From Candidatus Nanosyncoccus sp. (GTDB lineage Bacteria > Patescibacteriota > Saccharimonadia > Saccharimonadales > Saccharimonadaceae), in contig JAZQBP010000008.1 of the NCBI GenBank assembly GCA_045545815.1, forward strand, positions 1-59,673: DNA of 59,673 nucleotides, in the 5' to 3' direction. Positions 26,226-36,246 of this stretch are shown one piece after another. The first letter of the stretch is position 1. Each line of letters begins with the position of its first letter. Below the pieces are notes generated by a model, which was not told the origin of the DNA, did no database searches, and was given only the letters and a program-made list of their open reading frames with translations. The position numbers and the translations under genes were made by a program.

Positions 26226-28568
26226 ATGAGTTGGGTTACAGTAGCATCAATTGATACAGGTGGATATGGTTACACTAGATTGCAATATGACGACGCTTCT
26301 ACTGGCGAAAGCCGTAGTTCAAGGGTTATTTTTGAGCTTAAGCCTGGTGCTAGTATCTATGTCTATTTCAATAATTTTACTGTTAATGGTACGAATCTTG
26401 GGCAGAAAACGGTTTCTGGAAACTGCACTTTATGGACTGGTTCGTTGCCGGCTGGTAATAGAACAGTTTCGTATACATGTCCTTGGTATTCTGGATCGGT
26501 GAACTATTCCGGAACTGGCTATATCCCAAGTGGATATTCGAACCCTACTGGTCTATCCGTTTCGATTGCTAGTAAGACATATAATTCGGCGTCTTTTAAT
26601 GTGTCCGTGTCGTCCTATGGAACTCCAAGCTCTGCAAATGGTCGTTATATTGAGGCTGCAATTCTTAATAGTAGTAGCTATGGAAATCCGTATCGTTATG
26701 CAACGGCGTCAAATACTACATCGTCTAAGATTACTGTCAATAATAGTTCTGCGCAAGGTTCTACTGCATTTACGATTACTGGAAACACAACATATCACTA
26801 TGGTGCATATGCGAGCAATACTCAAAGAAGTATTAGTACCGTTGCTGGTACATTTACAACATTATGCCCACCACTCTCTGCTCTTACATTCTCAAGCCAA
26901 TCCTATAGGACATACAACACGGTCAACGCAGTAATCAACTGGACTCGTCAGACCGATGGTGGTGCTTTGGCGAGAACTCTTAATTATAGATACTCTACCG
27001 ATGGTGGTTCAACTTATACTGCTTGGACTTCGGCTGGTACTGTTACGGCTACAAGTAGCTCATTTACTGTTTCTGGAATCCCAACCAGTAAGACCGTTAT
27101 TCTTGAAGCCAAATTGACAACAACTGCCGGCGACTCGACAGCTAAAACAGTTACCTTCACCACAAAAACAACCCATACAGCACCCAACTTTAGTAATTTC
27201 GAATATGCCGATACGAATAGCAGTACGATTGCATTGACTGGCGATAATACGACTCTGATTCAAGGTCAATCGACGCCTGTCGTTACAGTATCGACAAATA
27301 ATAAAGCTACTGGAAACGATGGTGTGGCGATATCTAATTATGCCATTTCTTTTAGTGGCAACTCTTATACGCTTGGATATTCTTCTTCTAGCGCAGTATC
27401 TCAGACATTGTCGGCACCAAGTCAAAATGGCACGCTCGCATTAAAAGTGTCTGCCGTCGATGAGCTATCTCTATCTACTGCAGTTTCTAAGGACGTAACC
27501 GTATATCCTTGGTCTGCGCCTACTGTTGTAGCGAGCGTAGAAAGAACTAATGGATTCGAGGCTGAGACGACATTAAAAGTTCATGGTACATACGCACCGA
27601 TTATCGTTAATAATACGGCTAAGAATACAGTTACGGTTCAATTCCGTACAAAGAAATCTTCGGAATCTAACTGGGGGAATTGGCAGACTAGATCGAATAC
27701 CAAATCTGGTAGCAACTGGTCTATCCAAGATTATGTAATTACATTGGACAACAATTATCAATGGGATATTCAAGTTAAAGCTACTGATAAGTTTTCATCT
27801 ACTGTTGTTGACCTTATACTAACCGTTGGTATTCCGAAATTCTTTATTGGCGAAGATGGCAGATGTTCAGTTGGTAGAAAGCCACAAGTCGATAAAGGTC
27901 AGAATAATGGTCAATTAGAGGTCGAAGGAGACATAATCTCCTCTGGTAGTGTGTATGCACATAATACAGCAAAGCTCTTAGAGGAGAACGAATTAGGTGG
28001 GCTGTTACCAAATATCTTTTTGCAAAAAATCTATCCTATTGGTTCAATTTATCGAAGTACGACGAATAAATCACCACAACAGTTTCTTGGTGGCACTTGG
28101 ACTCTTGAGTGGTCTGGCAAAGAATATATTGAAGTAGCCTCACAAGTCTTATATTATGGTTCGACTAGGAGTGGCTCAGGAACAACTAAGGTAATCGGCG
28201 CATATCAGTATAGCTTGATTGATGGTATTTTCGATAAAGCACCAACTATGCCATCTAGCTTTCATCAAGAATACCAGTTGTCTGGTCAAGTATCGTCGAG
28301 TGGATCTAATAGTGTAAGAATAAGATTGAATAACATACAAACCGACAATAAAGGAACATGGTCTTCTGATACTTTTAGGCAAATTGTTAAATCAAATTTC
28401 TTCAAGAAAGAAGATATTACTTTAGAAACGACTTTAGGGTATAGTAATCCTGGCATAAATCTGGGTGTAGTAAACGATGGAAATGGCGATGCGAGGATGT
28501 GGTCTGCTACGATTCACGGCTTCTATGTAAGCAATAATACATATTATATCTGGAGAAGAACAGCTTAA
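26226..28568 (+). CDS. Tail fibre/receptor-binding protein (currently fused to cassette A)
   Basis: Ser/Thr-rich beta repeats; C-terminal YPIGSIY...GGTW...YIWRRTA module. Confidence 0.8.
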   Translation: MSWVTVASIDTGGYGYTRLQYDDASTGESRSSRVIFELKPGASIYVYFNNFTVNGTNLGQKTVSGNCTLWTGSLPAGNRTVSYTCPWYSGSVNYSGTGYIPSGYSNPTGLSVSIASKTYNSASFNVSVSSYGTPSSANGRYIEAAILNSSSYGNPYRYATASNTTSSKITVNNSSAQGSTAFTITGNTTYHYGAYASNTQRSISTVAGTFTTLCPPLSALTFSSQSYRTYNTVNAVINWTRQTDGGALARTLNYRYSTDGGSTYTAWTSAGTVTATSSSFTVSGIPTSKTVILEAKLTTTAGDSTAKTVTFTTKTTHTAPNFSNFEYADTNSSTIALTGDNTTLIQGQSTPVVTVSTNNKATGNDGVAISNYAISFSGNSYTLGYSSSSAVSQTLSAPSQNGTLALKVSAVDELSLSTAVSKDVTVYPWSAPTVVASVERTNGFEAETTLKVHGTYAPIIVNNTAKNTVTVQFRTKKSSESNWGNWQTRSNTKSGSNWSIQDYVITLDNNYQWDIQVKATDKFSSTVVDLILTVGIPKFFIGEDGRCSVGRKPQVDKGQNNGQLEVEGDIISSGSVYAHNTAKLLEENELGGLLPNIFLQKIYPIGSIYRSTTNKSPQQFLGGTWTLEWSGKEYIEVASQVLYYGSTRSGSGTTKVIGAYQYSLIDGIFDKAPTMPSSFHQEYQLSGQVSSSGSNSVRIRLNNIQTDNKGTWSSDTFRQIVKSNFFKKEDITLETTLGYSNPGINLGVVNDGNGDARMWSATIHGFYVSNNTYYIWRRTA
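27955..27977. repeat. Outer inverted repeat, left (perfect 23 bp)
   Basis: ATGCACATAATACAGCAAAGCTC; exact reverse complement at 29201-29223. Confidence 0.95.
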
Positions 28569-28788
28569 GACCGTAACATTGACGCTTGAGCAAATTCCGA
28601 GCCATAAACACCCCATTCCATATCGTACTGATACAAATATTACTGGTGGCTCGACTGGACAATGGACAACTGATCCAGGTACATCGTCTGGCTCTTCTGA
28701 CTCTAAAGCTATTGCCGTAGGTGGCGGTAAGGCTCATAACAACCTCCAGCCATACATTACATGCTATATGTGGAGACGTACTAACTAA
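28566..28788 (+). other. Silent tail-fibre tip cassette C (begins with inner inverted repeat 28566-28605)
   Basis: KTVTLTLEQIPSHKH...AHNNLQPYITCYMWRRTN*; no RBS; first 40 bp 35/40 identical to reverse complement of 28979-29018. Confidence 0.75.
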
Positions 28789-29223
28789 TTCTACGCCACA
28801 TATAAACTGTTAGGTATGGAGGCATATTTTGGTGTGCCTCTCCGTTTCCGGACGACTGTACAGTAAATGGTGGTGAGTATGTCTCTCCATAGAATGTGCC
28901 ACCTCCGTTTCCAGCCGATGTGCCACTAGTATTGTTGTATGGCACACCATAGGGTACTTTCTTTTCTAGACCATGAGAATGGCTCGGCATTTGCTTAACC
29001 GTCAATACTACGGTCTTACTACCTCCACTCTTATTTGATGCATTGAAATCTGTATCGTTAGGATCGACGCCAACAGGCACTTTGCCAGCGCCCCAAGCTT
29101 GCCATGTGCCTCCGAGGAAAGATTGTGGCGAAACATTATTTACGCTCATGTAAATTGAGCCTACTGGATAGACGTAAGTAAGTAAATCGCTCTTCGAGAT
29201 GAGCTTTGCTGTATTATGTGCAT
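28781..29223 (-). other. Silent inverted tail-fibre C-terminal cassette B
   Basis: AHNTAKLISKSDLLTYVYPVGSIY...YMWRRIS*; starts in the outer repeat in the same reading phase (AHNTAKL) as the fibre gene. Confidence 0.85.
29201..29223. repeat. Outer inverted repeat, right
   Basis: GAGCTTTGCTGTATTATGTGCAT. Confidence 0.95.
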
Positions 29224-29294
29224 TATCATGTAGCTTATGGATAAAAGAAAGCTGTTTTTTGTAAATATTAAGCAATATAATTGCGTAGGATTAA

Positions 29295-32200
29295 TTAAGC
29301 TTTTTTCTGAGCATCTCTCATCTGCTCAATCTCGCTACGAGAGATCTTGCCCAAGAAATATTTCTCAATAAAATCCCATCTTGCGATATCCGCATGAAGC
29401 TCTGTGAAGAAGTGTTGCATTAAAATACAAGATTCACTATGCTTCCTAGCAACATTGGCTACGGTACGGCTTACATAATCTGCATTGTTAATGACTTTTT
29501 CTATTGCGTATGCGTTGTTTACACGAATGAAGAACTCTGGGTTTTCTCCGGCTGTCGTAGTGCATCTAGCTAATTCAAGCATTTCGATTAGTTGAACTAC
29601 GATAATATCAGTACTCTCTTTCGAGCTTACATAACGAGAAGCTTTATGTCTGTCGCCGAAGATAAAATGATTAATTGCATATTTGAGGTTCTTAATCCTA
29701 GGCTCATAGGACACCGTCTTAATAATTGTTTTATCATACTTAGAGTTATACTCGGAGAAGTTATTTTGGAATAGTGAATTTCGGTAAGGTGCAATTCTCT
29801 CTAGCATGGGTATGAAAGCACCGGCAACAACATCTGCGATATACTTCTTTTTAACACATCCTTTCTTGATAAGAATTTGAGCAAGCTCGCTTGATGAGAA
29901 AAACTTGTTTGATTGTTTAAGGTCGGCAAAAATATCCTCCATAGTATCCAAGAATGAGAAGAGGTCGTCTCTAACGCTATTCAATGAACGCTTCCCGGCA
30001 TCGACTTCGAGAATAATTCTATTAATGATCTTCTCTCCGACTTTGAAATTAAAATCTTTTAATTCGTTAGTAAAGAATAGATGCTTAAACATACTGAACG
30101 ATATGTCACGATAATGGTGTTCCCAAAGCGATTTATAATCGAGCTGATAAATATCGCCAGGTACAGTTACAATTGCGTCGCTCGCCCTGCTTGACTTAGT
30201 TGCCTCAGTATATGTCCTTGGGAGATCAAGTTTCTTGAAATATTTCATATACCCAAATTGTTTGAGGCCCGGTATCATCTCGTCGTTAACCATGAAATAA
30301 CCAAGAGTAAACATACTTCGTGGCTTAAATACGACTGGAGGATAATTTGAATGAGGATCAGATTCGAAATCTTTCCTGATCATCAATAGCGTAGTTTTTA
30401 TCTTAGCATCAAGATCTTCTGGTCTTGCATCCGCAAAAATAAACGAAAAATCTTCTGGCGATACCAAGAAGTTACGCTTCCCATATGTATTATAAAGCTG
30501 ATGGATCTTTCGGAGCGTAGCTACAACCTGCCAGTTCTTGATACTCGACATACCATATAGCTGGCGGATATAGCGAAAATCTTCCTTAAAGAAATCCGTA
30601 CTTGCGACACCGATCATATCCGGTCTACGAGCCGCGCGTCCGATTTCTTGTACATAGTCAGCAATGTTGCCAGTTGGGGCGAAGTGGTAGACATATTTGA
30701 TATCGTCAATATCAATACCCATGCCAAATGCTTTCGTGGCAATAACAACATTTTTGGTGCCTTCACTAATACATTTCAATGTCTCATTCTTCTCGCCGGC
30801 AGCAAGACCGCCATAATATCTTCCTGCTTTTTCTGGATTATCCATGCGATGTAATAAATCATCGACATGCTTCGTGTATGGAACATAGACAAGAGTCTTA
30901 TCGCCGGTTTCGCATAGTTTATTAATTGAGTCTGTAGCTTTTTCTAGTTTTTCATTTTGGTAGTCGTGATCCTTATTGTGGCAACGAATATCGAAATTAA
31001 TATCCTCACGCCTCACATTGCCTATATATTTGTTTGGCGTCATTTTGAGGGATTCGATAATGTCGTGATACATATTATCTTCTCCACCAAATGTAGAAGT
31101 TGCGGTAAATGTAACGATTGGGAACTTATAGTCTGATTTTGCATTGTTCCTGAGACGGTTGATAAAATCGCCAAGATACCAATAATCAGGTCTGAAACTC
31201 TTACCCCATGTCGCTACAATATGTGCTTCGTCGACAACTATTAATCCGATATTCCTTTCACCAATTAGGCTAGTAATATCAGTATTTGAGAGTAGTGCCT
31301 CTGGCGACAGATAAAGGATAGACTTATCGCCCTTTTTAATTGATTCAAGAGTATTCTCCTTTTCCGTAGGTGTGTAATCGGAGTTAATTGTGGCAGCTAG
31401 GTGAGTCATGGACTTTATATTTTGTACTTGATCATTCATCAAGCCAATGAGAGGGGATATAACCAATGTCACGAGATTATATTTTTCTGCTAGATAAATT
31501 GCAGGGATTTGAAACATGACGGATTTGCCAGCGCCAGTCGGTGCGGTTACAAAGACATCCCTAAATGGCTCAAGATCTTTTGCTTTGATGGCGTTCTGAA
31601 CGATATCGTCAATAATTACAGACTGTTCAACATCGACAAGCTCATTGTCGTCGTATGGATTCTTGTACAACTTGAGGGTTCTGAATGAATAATCAGGATT
31701 CTTACGGTGTAAAATATCGAGATATTCTTTATAGAAGTCAGGATTAACTTTATTACCGCCGGCAGAATATGACCGACTAATCATCTTGACGCCTGCTCTT
31801 TCTAATTTGTCTTTCAGGGCGATAATGTTCTTATCTGTCTGAAGGCTATCGTCGAGTACGCTAATTTTACCTATGCCATTCTCTATTACGCTTGTAAGAA
31901 CATCCGATAAAACAATAAGATCATACTCGTCAGGAATAACAGCGACCTCTTCATTTGAATCTTCTACTAGGCTACCATCTATGAGCTTTGATATTTGGAC
32001 AGTTTCAAAATTTGTGTTTCCGTAAGTAATTGGGATGTCGTTATAGGCAATGTAGACATTTTCGTTATACTCCTCTATATCACCGTAAAGCTGTTGAATA
32101 TACAGATCCCTTTCGGCATCATGTTTTGTTTTTAGGTCTTCGTATTCTTCTAGGCTAAAACTGCTTGGATAGAATGTAGTATAGAAATCATTATCGAGAA

Positions 32201-32477
32201 TATAGATATGTTTTCCCGATGCGGCAAAAATACCCCCAAGAGACATCTCAGAAAGAGCTACCAAGTCCTCGTAAGTGACAAATAATGTATCATTATGTTT
32301 TACTATTTCTGATAAAAGATCGGTCACATCAGGTTTTTCTATCTTAATCTCTTTCGAAAAAAGAAAATTGCCGGATAACTCCGACAACCATTTGTTAAAA
32401 CCTTTCAAGACAACGATCGTATTAGGATCAGAAATAGAATTAATCTGTTTTACGATGAGTTGCTTAAGTGTTTCCAT
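29295..32477 (-). CDS. RecQ-like DEAH helicase with long N- and C-terminal extensions (moron)
   Basis: APTGAGKS, SPLIGLMNDQ, VDEAH, WGKSFRPDY, ATKAFGMGID, QEIGRAAR; own TGTTATAAT just upstream. Confidence 0.88.
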   Translation of the reverse strand: METLKQLIVKQINSISDPNTIVVLKGFNKWLSELSGNFLFSKEIKIEKPDVTDLLSEIVKHNDTLFVTYEDLVALSEMSLGGIFAASGKHIYILDNDFYTTFYPSSFSLEEYEDLKTKHDAERDLYIQQLYGDIEEYNENVYIAYNDIPITYGNTNFETVQISKLIDGSLVEDSNEEVAVIPDEYDLIVLSDVLTSVIENGIGKISVLDDSLQTDKNIIALKDKLERAGVKMISRSYSAGGNKVNPDFYKEYLDILHRKNPDYSFRTLKLYKNPYDDNELVDVEQSVIIDDIVQNAIKAKDLEPFRDVFVTAPTGAGKSVMFQIPAIYLAEKYNLVTLVISPLIGLMNDQVQNIKSMTHLAATINSDYTPTEKENTLESIKKGDKSILYLSPEALLSNTDITSLIGERNIGLIVVDEAHIVATWGKSFRPDYWYLGDFINRLRNNAKSDYKFPIVTFTATSTFGGEDNMYHDIIESLKMTPNKYIGNVRREDINFDIRCHNKDHDYQNEKLEKATDSINKLCETGDKTLVYVPYTKHVDDLLHRMDNPEKAGRYYGGLAAGEKNETLKCISEGTKNVVIATKAFGMGIDIDDIKYVYHFAPTGNIADYVQEIGRAARRPDMIGVASTDFFKEDFRYIRQLYGMSSIKNWQVVATLRKIHQLYNTYGKRNFLVSPEDFSFIFADARPEDLDAKIKTTLLMIRKDFESDPHSNYPPVVFKPRSMFTLGYFMVNDEMIPGLKQFGYMKYFKKLDLPRTYTEATKSSRASDAIVTVPGDIYQLDYKSLWEHHYRDISFSMFKHLFFTNELKDFNFKVGEKIINRIILEVDAGKRSLNSVRDDLFSFLDTMEDIFADLKQSNKFFSSSELAQILIKKGCVKKKYIADVVAGAFIPMLERIAPYRNSLFQNNFSEYNSKYDKTIIKTVSYEPRIKNLKYAINHFIFGDRHKASRYVSSKESTDIIVVQLIEMLELARCTTTAGENPEFFIRVNNAYAIEKVINNADYVSRTVANVARKHSESCILMQHFFTELHADIARWDFIEKYFLGKISRSEIEQMRDAQKKA

Positions 32478-32518
32478 ATATATATTATAACACTTTTTAA
32501 GATTACTGAAAGCTTAAG

Positions 32519-35152
32519 CTATATTCGAATAACGCTATTATTGCCCAAAAACGATGCATCGTTAATCCCACGAATAATCGTATCTAGAATAGTATCCTCG
32601 CCTATTTTAATAATAAGTGGTTGTCCTGCTGATCCACTAATCTTTTCAGCGAGAGTATCCATCCAACCGGTATTCTTTTCAAGTGGTAGGACTGCCTCTT
32701 TCCCAGACTCGCCGATCATTGCAAGTGTTGCGCCGGTTGTGACGCCACCTGTCGCCAAGAGTGGGATCTGTGGTACATTAATTGTGCCTACCCAACCGAA
32801 TGGTTTAATACCAAGAATATCGATACTTCTTATTCCATTAAGGAAGCCGTTTATTGCATTAAATGGTATTGCCACTACTTTATTTATGCCAGTGATGATT
32901 GCGTTAACAATAGTTTTGAATGCATTTACAATGCCGTCTTTTATTCCATCGAAAATCTTACCACCAGTCGAAAATACGGCTTTAACTGCATTCCATGCAT
33001 TCGAGAAGATTGTGCCGAAGAAATTTGCGACTGCTGAGAAAACACTCTTGATACCTTCCCATGCGGCCTTAGCTCCATTCTTGATAGTCTCCCATGCACC
33101 TGAGAAGAATTTTCCGATAGATTCAACTACAGATCCTACAGTATTCTTAATTCCATCAAATATTGATTTTATAAAATTACCGATGTTCGTGAAAATAGTT
33201 TTAACTGTATTCCATATGCCGTTAAATAAGTTCCCAATGAACTCGATAGCATGCATGATTAAGTCGATTAGCACCGTGATGACTGCTACGACTGCGCCAA
33301 TAGCTATTCCAATTGCAGAAAATGCAGCACCAAGAACAGTTCCTAGAGCTTGACCTATCGACTTGAGTGTATTCATCAAGCCTTCATTTTCTTGTAGACC
33401 TTTTGCCATCCTTTGAATATCATCAATGACCGGTTGCATTATCTCGTTTAGCCAGTTAAGGAATGGTTCGAGGACATTATGCCACATCTCGTCAAATCCA
33501 GCCTTAATGCCATCTAGGATAGCGCCAATTACTGAGAAAACAGCACCTATTGCAGATAGCGCAGGTGGAACGATTATGTTTGCAAATACTGCCATCATTT
33601 CTTGAAGTGCGCCAGTCACTGACACTAAGAGTCCAATCAACGGTTCAAAGGTAGACTCTAAGCCCTTAAAGAATGTATCAAACCCTTGTGCGAATGAACT
33701 TGGGTTTAACTTCTGGAGTGCTACTCCTATATTATTCAAATAGTCTGGAAGTGCATTTTCAAGAATATATTTGCCTAGTGGAACAAAGAGATTATCCCAT
33801 GCCGAACGACCAGCTTGAGCGATGATATTAAAAGCATTAATCGCACCTTTCTTAAAGTTATCGATTGCTTTATTCCATTTCGATAAATCAAGCTTACTGA
33901 AAGCCTTTTTTAGTCTCTCATAGATTTCATCAACTGCGTTTTTGCCATTAAGCTCGAAGTCTCCCCAGTCGAAGTTCATACCAGATAAGTCCATAGAGCC
34001 ACCACCGCCAGCCGATCCACCAGAACCACCACCGTCTGAAGATTCTGGCTCTTTGAGGACATTCATCTCATCAAAACCTGCAAGCTGGTTTGCGAGCTTT
34101 TTCGCTGCTTTGGATGTTCCATTAATTCCTTTGGTTGCATCTCCTGCAGCCTCGCCGATTCCACCCATAGAGGTGGCTACATTGTCGGCACTTTGCTTAG
34201 TTGAGTCTGCACTTGCTTTTGCACCGCCAAATAGTACGCTTAATGCATTGATGGCAGTTGCAACTATCTTAATAAAGGCTGCGATGTAATTAGCCGCAGT
34301 ACCAACTGCACTAGCGACCGCATTGAAGAAACCAGCAATATTAGATTGTCCTATGGCATCCATGATAGCCGTAAGCCCACGAGTAATAGCAGTCTTAAGG
34401 TTTACGATTGAAGTTTGTACACCACCAGTCGCATTCCGTGCTTGCTGCTCGAAGCTACTAAGACCGTTGATGCCTTGCTTGTTGAGCTTCATAACTGTTG
34501 CCATGAAATCATTCATAGAAATACTGCCAGAACGAAGTGCTTCGCCTAGTGCAGATGCATCTGCATATCCCATAGCCGTTGCAACTTGTTTGAGCTGAGC
34601 CGGCATAGCCATCATCATGGTTCGCCATTCCATCATATCTGGCTTACCTTTAGCATAGGCTTGGCTCATCTGTTCGAGGGCAGACTTTTGAATTTCCATA
34701 CTTGCACCACCAGCCAAAATGGCATTATTGAGTGCAAGGAACATATGAGTGGAAGCACCAACATTTCCGTTAGCAGAAGTAAATCTCTGGACGGCTAACG
34801 CCGCAGAGTCTAGTGTAGTTGGTAAACCTTGAAGCTTCGACTCAAGTGTATTGATGGACTTCTGTGCTTGATCCGAGCCAATTCCAAGGTTAGACATAAC
34901 CTTAGGAAAGTTCTTTAATGTATCTAGGCGAGTAACGGCATCGTCTGCGAAAGAAGCAACAGCGGATAAGGCTTTGGTAAGAACATTGCCAATAACTGTA
35001 CCGACAGCAACAAAGCCGGCAGTCATCTTTGAAGACATTGAACTCGTGGAATGTGAAAGGGAGTTGAGTTGCTTTTTAACTCCACCTAGTTCCTTTTCAA
35101 AGTTTGCCGCATTGGCGGTAATTTGAACTTGCAATTCATCAATCGTTGCCAT
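32519..35152 (-). CDS. Tail tape measure protein
   Basis: 877 aa, Ala/Gly-rich, periodic W/F repeats, LATGGV...MIGESGKEAVLPL end. Confidence 0.9.
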   Translation of the reverse strand: MATIDELQVQITANAANFEKELGGVKKQLNSLSHSTSSMSSKMTAGFVAVGTVIGNVLTKALSAVASFADDAVTRLDTLKNFPKVMSNLGIGSDQAQKSINTLESKLQGLPTTLDSAALAVQRFTSANGNVGASTHMFLALNNAILAGGASMEIQKSALEQMSQAYAKGKPDMMEWRTMMMAMPAQLKQVATAMGYADASALGEALRSGSISMNDFMATVMKLNKQGINGLSSFEQQARNATGGVQTSIVNLKTAITRGLTAIMDAIGQSNIAGFFNAVASAVGTAANYIAAFIKIVATAINALSVLFGGAKASADSTKQSADNVATSMGGIGEAAGDATKGINGTSKAAKKLANQLAGFDEMNVLKEPESSDGGGSGGSAGGGGSMDLSGMNFDWGDFELNGKNAVDEIYERLKKAFSKLDLSKWNKAIDNFKKGAINAFNIIAQAGRSAWDNLFVPLGKYILENALPDYLNNIGVALQKLNPSSFAQGFDTFFKGLESTFEPLIGLLVSVTGALQEMMAVFANIIVPPALSAIGAVFSVIGAILDGIKAGFDEMWHNVLEPFLNWLNEIMQPVIDDIQRMAKGLQENEGLMNTLKSIGQALGTVLGAAFSAIGIAIGAVVAVITVLIDLIMHAIEFIGNLFNGIWNTVKTIFTNIGNFIKSIFDGIKNTVGSVVESIGKFFSGAWETIKNGAKAAWEGIKSVFSAVANFFGTIFSNAWNAVKAVFSTGGKIFDGIKDGIVNAFKTIVNAIITGINKVVAIPFNAINGFLNGIRSIDILGIKPFGWVGTINVPQIPLLATGGVTTGATLAMIGESGKEAVLPLEKNTGWMDTLAEKISGSAGQPLIIKIGEDTILDTIIRGINDASFLGNNSVIRI

Positions 35153-35520
35153 TATTGCTTCTTTCCGTATTTTATCCGAGCCATGCGAATACGCTGGTCA
35201 TCGGTGTTGCATATTTCGGCAGTTTCTTCATCCTTAGCCTTCGAAAACGGAGTTTTAGGGTAATGCTTTGGATCATGAAAGGCTATTTTGATATAGTTGC
35301 CGAGTGAAAAGTTCATTGTGTCTTGAATCTTGGTATTGTTTTCGATTCGCTTATTATAGCCATCGATACAATCGACAAAATCACCGAAAGTAAGTTCCCA
35401 ATATTCAGACGGATGGAGACCGATTTGATAGGCTAGGCTTTGTTGCTTTTGCCAGAAGTCTTTGAAGAATCCTGCTTGAGCTGTTTCCCCATTACCTTCG
35501 TGTCTATCTCCCCTAAAAAA
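35152..35520 (-). CDS. Tail assembly chaperone -1 frameshift extension (gpGT-like)
   Basis: Slippery T TTT TTA at 35520-35514; -1 frame open for 122 codons (GLHPSEYWELT) to a TAA overlapping the tape measure ATG. Confidence 0.8.
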   Translation of the reverse strand, partial: FFRGDRHEGNGETAQAGFFKDFWQKQQSLAYQIGLHPSEYWELTFGDFVDCIDGYNKRIENNTKIQDTMNFSLGNYIKIAFHDPKHYPKTPFSKAKDEETAEICNTDDQRIRMARIKYGKKQ

Positions 35521-35744
35521 CCAGCCTCATTGATTCCTTCAAGAATATTTGTCATCATCGTGCCAATACCTTCTTTGAAGTCTTTATCAAAATCATCATC
35601 AGATGCACCACCTGCGTGATATAAGAATAAAAGATCGCTTATGCCCATTGATCCGGTAGACATTCCATTAAATACATCGAAGAACTTGCGTTCATCTTGT
35701 CGTTCGGCTTTTGCGATATTTAGAGCTTTGAAATTAAGTTTCAT
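35433..35744 (-). CDS. Tail assembly chaperone (gpG-like)
   Basis: Between major tail and tape measure genes; contains slippery heptamer. Confidence 0.8.
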   Translation of the reverse strand: MKLNFKALNIAKAERQDERKFFDVFNGMSTGSMGISDLLFLYHAGGASDDDFDKDFKEGIGTMMTNILEGINEAGFLGEIDTKVMGKQLKQDSSKTSGKSNKA

Positions 35745-35806
35745 AGGTTATTCCTCGTTAAATTTGCTAGGTGGGAGCATTTAACCTCTGCTCCCAAGAG
35801 GAGAAA

Positions 35807-36229
35807 TTAGGCTTCAGCGTAAACTGGATCACCAGAGAGGCGAATAGTAATATTCGCAGACACAAGACCATCTGGAGTAGCCTCACCGAATTTGAGCGAT
35901 GAGATGTATCCTGTATAGGTCAATGTTCCAGCATCATCTGGGAATGTCTCAATCCATGTTCGGACTTCACCGGATGCGTAGACAGCTTTAAGTGCTGCAA
36001 TCTGACCATCAAAACAGTTATTGATAGCTACCTCTACCGTTCCAGCATCTTTTGCGCCTTGGATATATTCCTTAGCACGATTTGGGGAATCGAGGGTTGT
36101 CACATCGATTTCCTCAGCTTCGGAAGCTTGCTCACCAATGCTCGTGATGTGAGCGATAACGAGGTCATCTGGTTCGCTACCAGATTTCACCATCTTAAGG
36201 CTTGTAGCCATAGCTTGAATTCCAGCCAT
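35807..36229 (-). CDS. Major tail tube protein
   Basis: EEIDVTTLDSP...EYIQGAKDAG...ITIRLSG. Confidence 0.85.
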   Translation of the reverse strand: MAGIQAMATSLKMVKSGSEPDDLVIAHITSIGEQASEAEEIDVTTLDSPNRAKEYIQGAKDAGTVEVAINNCFDGQIAALKAVYASGEVRTWIETFPDDAGTLTYTGYISSLKFGEATPDGLVSANITIRLSGDPVYAEA

Positions 36230-36246
36230 AATTTGTTCTCCTTACA

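Noticed and set aside
28781-29275. 164-aa ORF as an independent gene
   Set aside because: TTG start without RBS; similarity to the fibre begins only at the inverted repeat, so it is treated as a silent cassette
32460-33353. 297-aa plus-strand ORF (also 38846-39439, 1399-1887 and other long antisense ORFs)
   Set aside because: Shadow frames of well-supported genes on the opposite strand
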